Source: Camelus dromedarius
Taxonomy: Eukaryota
Direction: 5' to 3'
Length of the DNA: 64,000 nt
NCBI RefSeq assembly: GCF_036321535.1
Contig: NC_087456.1
Coordinates: 9,424,001-9,488,000, forward strand
Shown here one piece after another: positions 24,096-36,899 of the stretch (position 1 is the stretch's first letter; each line of letters begins with the position of its first letter). The notes beneath the pieces were generated by a model, which was given only the letters and a program-made list of their open reading frames with translations, had not been told where the DNA came from and made no database searches. A program made the position numbers and the translations under genes.

Positions 24096-24764
24096 TTGAA
24101 AAGGGGCACAGGTTTCTGTGTTTGTTCAGGACTAAACTACCTTACCTTTTATTTTGAGAAACATTTATTGAGCACTTACTGTGTTCCAGATATTGTGCTT
24201 TGTCCTTGAGTGACTGCAGTAGAAAGCCAGTTATAATTCTTTGTCATTGACCACTTAGAAGGCCAGGGAAAAGAACGGACGTACTCAAGAAAGCTTGAGA
24301 AAACTGAAGAGTAAGTTTTTCTCTCAGATATTGCACGTGTATCTCAGATTTTTCTCAAAGTTTCTATTTTGTTCTCCTCTTTACCAACTAGCTTTTTCTA
24401 TTTACTAATTTTCCTTTCGGTTCCAAATGGCTCCCCTGTTATGTAATATTGTATAGCCTTCCAGTTTCAATGCTGGCCCTCAGTGTTGGTGGGTATCACT
24501 ATGTATCTTAGTTTCAATTCTTGAAAAACAATTTGACTGACTATCTTGTCTTTCAGATGCTAGTCATAAAATGCTCATCAGCCTGTATATTCATGGTTCT
24601 TGTGCCAAGTGTCCACCTGGGGTTCAATCGGCTACGGTCAGATGGCGGAATGGGCAAAAAAGCCCTGCAAAATTACCTAGTACATTCTGTTCCTTGTGTT
24701 CTCTTTTTTTTCAAACATTTAGCTCCAAACATGCCCCTACATAAATAAATTATTATTTTTAAAG

Positions 24765-24960
24765 CTTAGTGGTGAAGAGTGTAAACTCGAGTCAGAATGA
24801 CTGAATTTGAATCTTGGCTCTGCCATTTTAGTTTTATTATGTCCTCAAGAAAGTGACTTAAACCTTTCTGGTTTTTAGTGTCCTCACTCATAAAATGGTG
24901 CTAGTGAGAGCACCACGTCATAGAGTTGCTGTGGAGCAGAAGGCAAGCACTTAATTAGTG
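24765..24960 (+). mobile_element. MIR SINE
   Basis: agtggtgaagagtgtaaactcgagtcagaatgactgaatttgaatcttggctctgccatt...gtcctcactcataaaatgg. Confidence 0.8.
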
Positions 24961-26645
24961 GTAGCTGGTATCAGCCGTATTGTCACAAGTGCGGGCAAAC
25001 CCTTACTCAGCCTCTTCCCTCAGAAGACAATGCAAAGTCATGACCTGCTATGGCATCCAGAGTTGGCGTCAAGAGAGCCACCTTCAATGCCTACTTGCAA
25101 TTTCCGCGTGAAGTCCATTTCTCCCCTGGTTACAGTCCAATAGACTTAAATGGTAAACTTAATCAATATAAAATTAGAAATAAAAAGCCCATAAAGTTGG
25201 ACAAAAAGAAGTGAAATATAATACACATTACAATAATGATTCTTACTCAAAACAGGAAGAAGGAGAATATTAACACCCTATCTTGCAGGATAGTCCTTCA
25301 GCCTTATAATATGGGATGCCCTTTCTGGTCCTTTCCTAAGTATATTTGTATTCGTAAGTGATAAAACATTGGCAGAGGCCTGAGCAGCCTGTGCCTCTTT
25401 CTAAGACTTATTCAGTTTGGGTATAAAAATTACAGCATCTGTTAAAAAAAAAGACCTGAGACTTACAAAAATAGCCTGGCACCTTTAGAAAAACCAGTCG
25501 CTTGGCCATGAAACAACCACAAAAAGCTATTCTGTCCTACAAAAGTTAAATCCCATGTGACCCACACCCCTACCGCATAGAAGCATGTGTTCTCTCCATG
25601 TGTTACTTTGATTTCTAAATGCCAGCTCTGCCTGTCTTAAGGTTCCTCAATCAATGCATTAATTGTTGGGTTTTTCAGATTACTCTTACCCCTTAAGTCT
25701 TCACTGAGTTTTGAATCAAGTGAGAAGCAGAAAAAGGAGTAAAACATAGCGGTCAAAATATAAGCTTTTATTTGTAATACTGGAGTTGAGAATTTGTGGT
25801 TTGCATCTCTGGTCAGACTTACCTCAAGTCACTCTACTTGTCTGTTGATCCATGAAAGTGGAAACAGAGAGACGTGGGCCTCCGTGCCCACAGCTATACA
25901 GACATTGGAGAGCCCACCCCTTCGTTTGGAGGCAGGAGCAGAAGTAAGTGCACCCACTGTGTGCACAGATAGTTTAAAAGACCCAGAAGGCGCTGAGTCA
26001 AGCATACCCAAGTTCTTCACCTCCAGCGTCATCCTTTAGATCGTCAGTTCCATTTGCTTTGGATACTCAGTTAAAGGTACAGAAGGAAGAGCAGAAGCAA
26101 TGTTTGCCAAAACTTTGCAGATATCTGAATTTCCTATTTTTATGGAAAAGATAGAAACTTGGGGATGGGGAGAGGATGGTTTGTTGACGTCCTTCGCAGT
26201 GGTGTGAATGTTCGTCCAGGTGGAACAGCTTGAGACTCCCTCTACGACTCCGTAACTTTTGGAGAATCCTTGTCCTTGGTTTGGTCCTGCTGAGAAATTG
26301 CATTTACACCCTGCCTGAGGCAGCGGAGATGAGCAAGTTCCTGGGGAACTGGGAAAGGAAATGGCAGAGTCCAGGCTGGATATCAGAAAAAGGAAAGAGA
26401 GTTCCCAAGGCACTTCTTGGCCTTTCAAAGTCCCCTTCATCATTGGCAAAAGGAAATGAGAAAACAGTATCTTCCAAAGTCCTAGGGTTCGATAGTAGGC
26501 GTAGTGGGAAATAACCAACCTGGGTGCGATCCAATATTCAACTTTGGGTCAACGAGCTTTAATTGAGACCTACCATATGTTTAAGGAGTTCTCCTGCCTA
26601 GACCTCAAGGAACTTTGGTTCTGATGGGAATAGCATGGGCATGGG

Positions 26646-26693
26646 CACCCACACACACGCACACACCCACACACACACATACACACACACACA
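26646..26693. repeat. Imperfect (CA)n microsatellite
   Basis: cacccacacacacgcacacacccacacacacacatacacacacacaca. Confidence 0.95.
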
Positions 26694-26942
26694 GCATGCA
26701 TATGCTAGAGAACACAGAGCAGATTTTCGATGCAGTAGGACTTCAGAGAGGACACAGTGCTGGTTTTGTCAAAGCCACCAGGGAAGGTGTAATGGGGATG
26801 CCAACGTTGCAGCACAACATGAAATGCCTGATGGGTTTTAAATAATTCAGGAGAAGAGCATGAGCATTACAGGCTGGGGGTGGGAACAATTTGGAGAGAG
26901 AGATCAAAAATAACTGAAGTTATTGAGAAGGGCATGAAAAAA

Positions 26943-26992
26943 GTGTGTGTGTGTGTGTGTGTGTCTGTGTGTGTCTGTTTGTGTGTGTGTGT
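26943..26992. repeat. Imperfect (TG)n microsatellite
   Basis: gtgtgtgtgtgtgtgtgtgtgtctgtgtgtgtctgtttgtgtgtgtgtgt. Confidence 0.95.
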
Positions 26993-29709
26993 ATTTGGTG
27001 AAGAGGGAGTAATGGAGGAGGTAGGTAAAGATACCAGGACAGAAAAATACATATTTTCCCATCACTGTGAAATAAAGGCCTTTTCACGCCTTTCCTGTCT
27101 GACCTGTCCTAGGTAGGTCAGTGCTGGTAATTGAATTTCCATACTTAGGGAGGACATAAATTCCACAGATGCCTTTTCTCTGTACACACAGACTCTCCAC
27201 ACTCATTCCCAGCCACAGAAAAGGCTGCATTAATTTGATTCAGGAGCACTTTCATGATAGCATCTTCCCAAAACACACACAAACAGGCTCCATCTCCTCT
27301 TTCTCCCTTTGATGTATGGGGCCTGTGGGGCCAATGGGAAAGCAGACCCTTCCAGAGGCCGCAGGCCCCTTTGCTATCCCCGCCCACCCTGCCGCCTCCT
27401 TCCCACTTAAAGCCTTCCTTCCCTTCTTCAGCTGGTGATCCCAACTCCCTTCCCGCTGTGCGAGGTATCCCTGTTTGTCCTCATCTGGAGAAAGGATGTC
27501 CCTGCAGCAGACGTTCAAGGATGTTGAATATCCTACCCCTCCACCCTGCACCCTCCTGACACACCCACCCCAATAGCCGGCACAACGGAGGCGTCTATAT
27601 TAATCTTACAGACTCTCTACAGCTCTGGGCTCTGCCCTTGAGAAGGACGCTGACTAATGAAACACTGGACTTTTTGGTAGTAACCATAGGTGAAAGTAGA
27701 TTTTGGAGAAAGGAGAGACCAGGGTTGGATAAAGCGGCCAAGGAGAGCTACACAGGGGAAGTGGGGCCTGAGCTGCATTTTGCAGGCTGAGGAGAACTGT
27801 GGTCGGTTACAGGGGAGAAGGGAGGGCACGATGGGAATTTTGATACTATGATGAGACAATATTGGAAGAGGTCGCGAATGCATTTCCCTGCAAAATCTCT
27901 GGCTCAGATACGTTGAGTTTTAAGGTATCTGAGTGTCTTTCTGTTTCTCATTTCCCATTCCCTACTGGACACCAGCATCAAGCTATAAAGAGATTTCTTT
28001 CGGCAAGGAAAACTCGTTCCTAATTCTAGTCCTTTCTAAAAGTCCTGCTGGTGATCAGCTCCCCTCCTCCCTCTTCTTGCCTCCCCAGGGCTATTTTTTT
28101 TTTTTTTTTCCTCTCCAGGTTGATGGATTCCCTTGATGTAAAAGAGAAAGGGAACTGCTAAAGAGTCGTATGCCGTACATCTTCATCACTGTCTGGGCAG
28201 GCGAAAAGTGAGAGGCTGACTCAATTAAGTGGAACACCGATGGGGGAGGGGGTGTGGTTGATACGGTTTTAGGAGAGGACGGTGCTAAATCAAGCACATA
28301 ATTTCCAAAGGGCCACCAATCAACATCAGCTCTAAACAAGTCTGGGGCAAATTTTTTAAAGAACGTTTTAATGATGAAATGACCATCTTTGAGATTATTT
28401 TGCAAGTCATTGAATAAAATTCCCTAGTGAAAAATGTTTGGCATCAAGTTCTTGAAAATGCTTCCTTTTCTTTGTTCCCTAATGGACAGAAGCACAAACG
28501 GTCTCCAATCACATGAAACGCAACTCTCCTTTCCAGCCTGTAATTATGGTGGGGACCCGGAGAGACGCTTAATAGTTAAGGACTCTGTCAACTTGTCCAT
28601 TAAAAGAGCTGGAGTTATGTGGGGGTTTTGTGTGTTTTCTTTCTTTCTTTTTTTTTTTTTTTTTTCCCTTGCCCCTGAAAGAGTTCAGATCACAACTATT
28701 TCCAGGGAGGCTGAAACTTTAACATAGATTGTCAGTGGGGGAATAAATTGTCCTCAAACAACTTTGCACTTAAGAACAAAATGAATGCTGCTTTGATTTG
28801 GGGCAGGGACCAAATTGGCTCTCTGATCTTACTGTGTTCAAGGCTCCTGCTGACTTGGAGACTGGGTTCATGCTTGCTTTAGAGTTGCCAGGAAAACAGA
28901 AGGGCTTGGTCTCTCGCTTTGAGGTGACAGAGAAACAGAAGCCGGTGTTTCAAGCCTCTATGCTGTCATGTTTGCCCCGCCCCCTTTCTCCTCCGTGCGC
29001 CCAGTTCTCTTGTTGGTTATCAATGGGAGGTGCCAAATTTTCAACCGAAATGTTCCTCAATTCAAGAAAAACTGAATGCCAAGGTTTATTATTTGAAAGC
29101 AATTCTCCTTCTGTTCTTTTCAAATAGAACCGCTTCTGTTCTAGACCCAGTTGGGGAACTTGGACATTTTAAGAAGAGAAGGACAGACGATCACGGTTAG
29201 AAAGAGCATTGGAAACGGGCTCATTTGTGGTCACTCTGGGCAAAATGTTACCAGATCAGGAAGGCAGAGCTCAAGGGTGAAGGTAAAGCCCTAAAATTCT
29301 TTCAGTCAGGAAAAGAATTAGATGAGCTAATCACGAAGGGCCAGCTTGGGTCTTGTGGGTTATGTGATACCTCATGTGTTTCCCTCCCCAAATCCTGAAG
29401 CCACCCCATGTCCACTGAGTGAAGGAGGAGCGCCTCGTCCTGGTGGGCTTCGGGACAATGGACCGCCCGGCCTCTCCAGGGTCATTTCCCACTGCTGCCC
29501 TAGTCGTGGCCCGCACCAGCTACACTGGTTCCCTCGAGTTTCCTGGCCCAGCCGCCCCATCTCCGTGCCTTTGCTCATGCCTCTCTGCTGCTTGAGGATG
29601 CTTTTCTCTCAAGCCTACTCCATCACCTTGGGGTTTAGGTTTCCACATATGAATCTGGGGGAGACACAAGCATTCAGTCCATAGCAGATGGGTTAACAGA
29701 CCTTGAAAC

Positions 29710-30195
29710 TGTTAGCTGAAATAAATACACAGACTAAAAGTTAAGAGTTATGTTTTATTCAGTGGACATTTCTGAGGACTCAGCCCGGGATGACAGCCTC
29801 CCAGATCGCTCTGCAGGACTGCTCCAAAGAGGTAGGGGAAGAGCTAGGATATGTGGGAGTTCTACAACAAAGACCAGGTAGTTGGAGCATTAAAAGATTA
29901 CTTGTTAACTAAAGAAAACCAGGCATCTCAAGTTAAAGAATTTAGCGCTTTTCTATGTATGGGAGGAAACAAACATTTGGGCTCAGTGAATTCATTCCTT
30001 TGACAAGCAACTAGCATCTAGGGTCAGTGTCCTGTCCTTTCTTATTCTGAGTCCCCTCAGAGGGCACCATTGTGAGGGGCTGCAGAGGCTGGGCTGCAGG
30101 CTTGTCTTCACTGAGGGATGGTGGCAGCCGCTGATGACTTGATGGCTTCAGCATTCTTTGTTTATTGATATGGCTCGCGGTATTTTTCGTTCACA
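29710..30195 (-). mobile_element. ERV1-class solo LTR
   Basis: TG...CA termini and AATAAA on the minus strand (ttttattc ~29753-29760). Flanks aaac/atac are a near-match 4-bp TSD. The body resembles cetartiodactyl ERV1 LTRs (aaagaccaggtagttggagcatt...gaatttagcgcttttctatgtatggga). Confidence 0.8.
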
Positions 30196-30542
30196 ATACT
30201 CAATGTATTGAGATGGAGAGGAGTAAATCTCTAAGATTTCAAGCTTGAAGAACAACTCAGAAAATAGTTTAGAAATCTGTGTTGTCCTAAGCATACCATC
30301 CCGTTCCCCAATACTGCCACAGACTATGAGCAGGTCTCCATGAGGAACCAAAACCCACCCAGACACCATCCTAGTGCTTACCAAATACCATCTCTCTCAC
30401 GCAGCCTCCCGATCTGACCATCTGTAACCCCCTCTCCCTCCTCTGAAGGCCTCCAGTGTTCTGTTCCTCCTTCACAGACTGTATGCATGTTTGTGCATTT
30501 GCCTTACTTCCTTGCTGTGTTGCAGGGTTAGAGTTCTATTTG

Positions 30543-31029
30543 TGTAATAGAGAAGAATAAATCTGATTCTATATTACACATGTTTCTTTTACTTTAACCT
30601 CTGTATTCTGTTGCTTTTTGTTACAAATTAATCACTAGAGGGATGTTGCCTATAAGCTTAAATTATACATAATGGCCCATCTCTGGGAACCCTGCCTCCC
30701 AGGTAACGAGCATTAAGCTAAAATACCTTTGTTTAGCTCACAGGAAACATCCTGACCAGGCTGACCTGCGAATGACTGCAGGGAGGAAGAAATAAACACA
30801 TTCCCTCCAGAGGCTGACCCGAAACAGGAAATGTTTGACTTTACTCCCTCCCCTTTTAGTATAAAAGAAGCATGAGTTCTCACTCAGGCAAGATGGTTCC
30901 TTGGGACACTAGTTCACCATCTCGGTCTGATGGCTTTCCGTAGAAAGTCACTATTCCTTGTCCCAACAACTCGTCTCTTAATTTATTGGACTGCCCCATG
31001 GCAAGCAGTATGAGCTTGGACACGTAACT
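30543..31029 (+). mobile_element. ERV1-class solo LTR with exact 4-bp TSD
   Basis: Starts tgtaatagagaag and ends gacacgtaact (terminal CA mutated). TTTG on both flanks (30539-30542, 31030-31033). TATAAAAG at 30860-30867. Confidence 0.8.
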
Positions 31030-32011
31030 TTTGTGATCACAGCAAGACTTTGTCTGACATTTTAGTGCGGGAGGCCAATTCTTTTTTTGCCCCCTTTGAG
31101 AAGTGTTCTGACTTCTTTCCACTTTTTAATGGGGTTTCAGTTGTAACAGAGGATCGATTTTAATGGAACAGCCCTGAGAAGTAGGTAGAACAAACTGCCT
31201 CCTTCTTTGTACCATTTCAGGATTCAAATGAATCTCTTCCAGAAAAAAAAAAATCTCCATGCTCTTTTCCTGGTATTTTGAAATTTCTTGACCGGAGAAT
31301 CAGGCCTCTGGTTCCCAGGGAGAGGAAGAGCTTCAATACAAATGCAAGTAGAAGAGAGAGTAGAAGTGACTTTAGCTCATTAGGAGTAAAGTAATGATGT
31401 AAATTATTTGCTGGAGACATATTTTGATTGGGACTGTGGCTCTGAATGTCTAAAAATGAGAGGAAGTGGGGTGCCAAGGAGAGTACAGGATCTCGGGGTG
31501 ACTGATGAATAAATTAGGTTACTCACAATTTAGCCTTGGTCCGGGTTGGAATTAGAGATTCCTTAAGCCACAAGGAACTTTACATCTATGCTACCAGTTT
31601 CCCAAATCCAGGCAAATTCTGAAGTCTCTAGGTAGCACTGGACTGAACACTACACTAGGCTATGATCTCTGATAATCTACCTCCTGCTTCATTCATTTAT
31701 TAGAAGGCTTTGATCTATATTAAAATGAAAATGTCTCAACTGTTTTAACCTTACTGAAAATTAAAAAAAATAACAGTCTTTTTTTTTTCCCCCTGGAAAG
31801 AGGCAAAAAAAGAGAGAAACTCTAAGGACATTAGGAACCCAAAGGTACAGAGGAAATAAAACCTCATTTTGTCTTGGGCTGAGTGAACCCCTCCCCTCCC
31901 CACCCCACAATAATCTCATCTCCCCATTTACCACAGCCCCTCTGTCTGTCTGTCTTGTAGCCCTCATTGGCTATGCTCCCTTCCTTCTGTCAAGTTCCCA
32001 CTCCCAATTCA

Positions 32012-32199
32012 NNNNNNNNNNNNNNNNNNNNNNNNNNNNNNNNNNNNNNNNNNNNNNNNNNNNNNNNNNNNNNNNNNNNNNNNNNNNNNNNNNNNNNNNN
32101 NNNNNNNNNNNNNNNNNNNNNNNNNNNNNNNNNNNNNNNNNNNNNNNNNNNNNNNNNNNNNNNNNNNNNNNNNNNNNNNNNNNNNNNNNNNNNNNNNNN
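32012..32199. other. Assembly gap (N-run)
   Basis: 188 N. Confidence 1.
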
Positions 32200-32734
32200 C
32201 AGGGACAGAAAACAATGCCTCTGTCGTGTTTGGGCACATCCTAGATTTGAACCCGGCTAACTCTGAACAAAGCTAGTGTCTTCTGATTGGAGGCAGAATT
32301 GAGAGGCATTTACACATCCCAGAATCCCTGTGAGCAGGCAGAATGGTGCAGCCCTGTGCAGCGTGCCCTTGGGTGAGCTGAGATGGGTTATATAACTCCC
32401 AAACCTACTTACTCATCTGAGATCAATTATTTACTGACTTTATAATATTGTCGCCATGAAAAATGAGCCCTACAGTGAGAAAAAAAGCCATTCCCCACTT
32501 CCTGTTTGCCAGCATTCATTCCTCACAAAGCAGAAAAAAATATGGCAACGGGGAGGTTTTGGTTTCGCAGGGAGACCAGCTCATAGTCTGTGGCAATCCT
32601 GGGGAACGGGATGGTATGCTTAGCAAAACATAGGTTTCTAAACTGTTTTCTGAGTTGTTCTCCAAGCTTGAAATCTTAGAATTCTACTCTCCCCCATCTC
32701 ATTACATTCAGTAATCAAAGTCTGTTAACTCATC

Positions 32735-33080
32735 TTCTATTGACTAAATGCTTGTGTTCCCCCCCGAAATTCGCTGTTGAAACCTAATTCCCAAGGTGAT
32801 GGTGTTGGGAGGTGGGGCCTTTGGGAGGTGATTAGTTCACAGCAGTGGAACCTTCGGGGATAGGATCAGAGCCCTTGTAACAGAGACTTCAGAAGCTATG
32901 TGAAGACACCGCTAGCAGATGGCTGTCTATGAGCCAGGATGTGCGTTCTCAGCAGAACCCAACTACGCTGGCACCCTCATCTCAGACTTCCAGTCTCCAG
33001 AACTGTGAGAAACAGATCTCTGTTGTTTATAAGCCACCCAGACTTTGATATTGTTACAGCAGCTTGAATGAACCAACACA
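32735..33080 (+). mobile_element. MLT1A-like MaLR solo LTR
   Basis: gaaacctaattcccaaggtgatggtgttgggaggtggggcctttgggaggtgattag...gctggcaccctcatctcagacttccagtctccagaactgtgagaaac...tttataagccacccag. Confidence 0.9.
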
Positions 33081-33364
33081 TCCCCTTTCCAGAATTATGC
33101 ATTCCTTCCCGTTCCTGCAGCTACCGCCTTTGACCGGGTTTTAATCATGTTGCTTCTCGACTTTTGTAATAGCTTCCTAGATGTCTCCCATTCTCTAGGA
33201 ATTTTAGTAGTTGTTTTTTGGTTTCAATTCATTCTCTCTCTCTTCCTTTCTACCCCGTCTTTTCCTCTTATTGTTCTTGCCCTCTGTCTCTTTTCCTTTG
33301 TCTTTTGCTTAAAGCAGATTCTGGTACATCATCTCCTGGACAAAGTGTGGGCTGCGGTGTTTGT

Positions 33365-33470
33365 ATCCCAGCCCTGCTAGTTACTAGCTAAGTGACCTTG
33401 TGCAAGTTACTGAATCTCTTTGCCTCAATTTCCTCATCCATACAATGAGGTTGAAGACTGACCCTCTAAG
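33365..33470 (+). mobile_element. MIR core
   Basis: gtgaccttgtgcaagttactgaatctctttgcctcaatttcctcatccatacaatgagg. Confidence 0.8.
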
Positions 33471-33514
33471 GAAACTCATAACTCTAATTTTTTGAGAATA
33501 GTTGGGTTTTTTTT

Positions 33515-33765
33515 TGCATAATCCCTGCCTTCTGAAGTCTTTCAATTCTTCATAACCAAACTCAAATGTCACCTCTGTCCTTAAGGCTTTTCTAATACAT
33601 CGGTTAATGAAACTTTTCCCTCTGTGAATCGTGACATCATTCTCTGATGTATGTCTTCCAAATCTTTTCACGATTTTCTTGTTGGGGAAGACTCTGGAAC
33701 TGTATATATTCCTCTCCTCCATGCCTGGTCCCCTATTTGTAGGGAACACTCAAAATATGATTGTC
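33515..33765 (+). mobile_element. L2 3' fragment
   Basis: ccaaactcaaatgtcacctctgtccttaaggcttttct...catgcctggtcccctatttgtagggaacactcaaaatatg. Confidence 0.6.
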
Positions 33766-35449
33766 GGTTTTCATGGATGGCAAACAGTAAGCTTGGGGTT
33801 TTGGTGTTGACATCAGCAAGTGGAGATAAATTTCATCCAAGGCAGATTTACTGATTTGGGCCATGACCAGAGGCTATGTACAGAGCTCCAGGGGATAAGA
33901 CAGTGAGTTTAGAGGAGCTTCAAAGAGGGGTTCCACTTGTACCAGAAAAATGCCTAATGCCTAAAATGTGCTAAAAAAATGTCGTATGAGTGAATGAGGA
34001 AAGCAGTGATGCACAGTGCCTAACATTCATAATTCATTTATCACTGTGCACTTCCAAATGCTTTTCAGTTTTGCTCTCATATTTGGTTCCAAAATACCAA
34101 ACTGGAGCATGTAATAGGGCATATGTGATTATCCCTACTTTATGGATTTGGAAGTTGCACATCTCAGAAACTATCCAAGGTGCTGTGTAGCCCCCAGGTG
34201 CTGGATACTGAGGTTGGAAAGAGGACTAGAAATAGTCCCGGTCAACTGTGAGCTCACAGTCTGGAGAGGAGGGAAGATAGGTGGACAGGAAGCAATCATG
34301 ACCATGTAGTGTTATCTCATAACACCTGCTGTAATGGTACCAGGAGAGGAGAGTCTGCAAGGATGAAGGAAGGGTTCCAAGAATGGGAATGCTTAAGGTG
34401 AGTCTTAAAGGATGAATAGAAGCAAAAGCAAGAACTCAGGGATCCTCCACTCCCAGCCTAGTAATCTTTCTTTCTGGGTAGAGAAAGACCCAAACTCAAA
34501 ATTCCTTGCTAATTTACAGCTCTGAGTCACCCTCCCAGCTGCAAAAACCAGTAGGTCTACTCTTTGTGATATAGGGAATGGCCATTGTCCTACACTGAAA
34601 TATACAAATGCACAGGTAATTTTTTCATGTAAAATTCATGGAGACAGAATGGTCTCCCCGAGGCCTGTCCCCCTTTGTAGCCCCACCCACCTTTGGCGCT
34701 GCTGGCTGGGGAGACAGCCGTTATAGGCTGGGCTCCAGCTGGTGTATTTCTGCTCACTGGGCCTGGGCTGCTGTGGGCCGGGCTGGTGAGACAAAGGGAT
34801 GAATGGTCTGAGGTCTGCAAAGGTGGGAAAAGGGAGGCGGGCAGAGGAGGGGCTGGGTGGCAGGGTGACTGACTAATTGCTTTGTTTGGTGGCGGAGGCC
34901 TTTCAGCAGCAACAACGGCGACTTGAGGCCCTTGCTTAAGTGCTTTTCATCATCATTACCTCCTGTCATTAGTCCCATCAGCTGCTGCCATCAGCTCATT
35001 GCTAGTCAGGGGCCATGCATATTGCAAACTCCCTCTTGTTTGCAGCTCTCTACCCCTCTGTCTTCATCCAGAGCCAGGCCCTGTTCCTCTAAGCTCTCTT
35101 TTTCTTTTTCTGGCCGCTGGGGCCCAACCTGTTCCTATATTTCATGGGTCCATCTGTTAGGGGGCCCGCTGACGGCTGTCCCTGGCCATTTGTGCTTTGC
35201 CTATTAGATTGAGGGCGGAGTTAGGTCTGCTGCTGCCCTGCGCCAGCCCTTGTGGCCCTCTCCTTAGTGGTGACCCCCATCCTGCTCTATGACCCAGCAC
35301 ATGTCTACTGTCACAGGTCCCTGCTGAGCTCTGGGCTCAGGACAACCCACGAGGGGGGTGCTTTTTCTAGGACCCAGAAAGAGTGGGTCTTTCTCTCTTT
35401 ACTCTAAGTACATCTAGGCTGTATCAGGACTGCCACTGATTATCTTGAG

Positions 35450-35865
35450 CATCATTTACTGAAGGCTGATATGTGCCAAGCGGTATGCAGATTAGCTGTA
35501 CATATATCGAATCCTCCAACAACACTGGAGATAGTGTCATCTCCATTTTACAGATGACAAAACCAAGCCTCAGGGAGGCTGAAAAACTTTAGGTCACATT
35601 AGTATGACCCTAGTTTTTATGACTTCAAAGTTGTAGCTTATTTCTTCTTTAGTCCTGTGGAAGAAGGCTACTAAGGCAAGATTTAGAATCAGAATGGGTT
35701 AAATTCCTGCTGTGGTACACAATAGGTGAATAACATTTGGCAAATTACTTAATCTTTTTGGCTGTCAGTTTTCTCATCTATAAAATGGAAATTTAAATCT
35801 ACCTTATTACCATCATGGAAAGGATTAAATGAGATAATATACGAAAAATGTCTAGTACAGATTCT
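35450..35865. mobile_element. Two MIRs in opposite orientation (minus ~35450-35630, plus ~35680-35865)
   Basis: ccattttacagatgacaaaaccaagcctcaggg, then ggctgtcagttttctcatctataaaatgg...ggattaaatgagataatatac. Confidence 0.8.
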
Positions 35866-36013
35866 TCAAAACCTGGTAGCATCATGTAGACAATGACTGC
35901 TAATAAGAGTCACAATTGGGAAATACCACTGGGCTTATAGGATGTTGTTTTACTTGAATTGTTTTATTTGAATTGTGGGTACTCAATTCAGGTTTCATTA
36001 TTTTTTGTACTTG

Positions 36014-36420
36014 TGTATTGGTCAGAATAAACTGGGTTATATTGTGGTAACAAATGGCCCTCAATCTTACTGGTTTACAACAACAAAGGTTTCTTTTTCC
36101 CACTATGTATGTATCCACATCTTGAATTGTTTGGGGATCTGCTCCACCGTCATCTTTATTCCAGAACCCTGGCTGAAGGAGTATTCCCTGACTGGGGTAC
36201 TCTTGGTAGTGGTGGGTTAGGGGGAAAAACATGGTGGAACTCTGAAAGCCTCTGCTTGGAAGTGATGCCTGTCACTTCTGCTCCTATTTCACTGGCCAAA
36301 GCATGTCACATGGTCACTCGGGCATTTAACGGTGCAGGTGTGTATAATCCTCTTATAAGGAAGGGCACTGCAGGGAGTGGAAACCAGAATATTTAGCAAT
36401 GAGTAAGACAATCAGCCCCA
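36014..36420 (-). mobile_element. Old MLT1 (J/K-like) MaLR LTR
   Basis: tgtattggtcagaataaactgggttatattgtggtaacaaatggccctcaatc...gtcacttctgctcctatttcactggccaaagcatgtcacatgg. Confidence 0.85.
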
Positions 36421-36899
36421 AATGGGGCTGCAATTGATTTTGATAGTCCCAAAACATACTTGTTTCGGTCTCCCTTTATGTATTGCTCAGATTTTCCTAG
36501 AAACTTTTAGGTTTGGGTTATTTTTTGTCAGTTTTGATGAAATAGCGTATTGCCTAAAATAACAAAATACACTTAAACCTAGTAAAAACATTTTCCTTGC
36601 CAAAATTCTTGGAGGAAAAAATAACTGTTATTACATATCTAAAAGACTCCAGCCTCAACCATTTTTTTCCTTCTATTAGAATAATTGTTTTTGTAATGCT
36701 ATTCTTGATAATGTGATATTTCTTAGGAATGCAACCATTATTTCATAGTAGAAAATCATACTTTTTAAAATTATTCAGAAAGTTGAACTGGAATCACTTT
36801 AAGGTTGCCCATGTTCCAGAAAAGGAAAGTTTAGAGGAAGCAGCTGAAGACTGCCTGCCCCCTACCCCCACGTAATTTTTCCTATTCACGCATCTTTGC

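Noticed and set aside
4547-32260. Long ORFs spanning N-runs (e.g. 4547-5194, 15999-16529, 31967-32260)
   Set aside because: Artefacts of translating assembly gaps as X.
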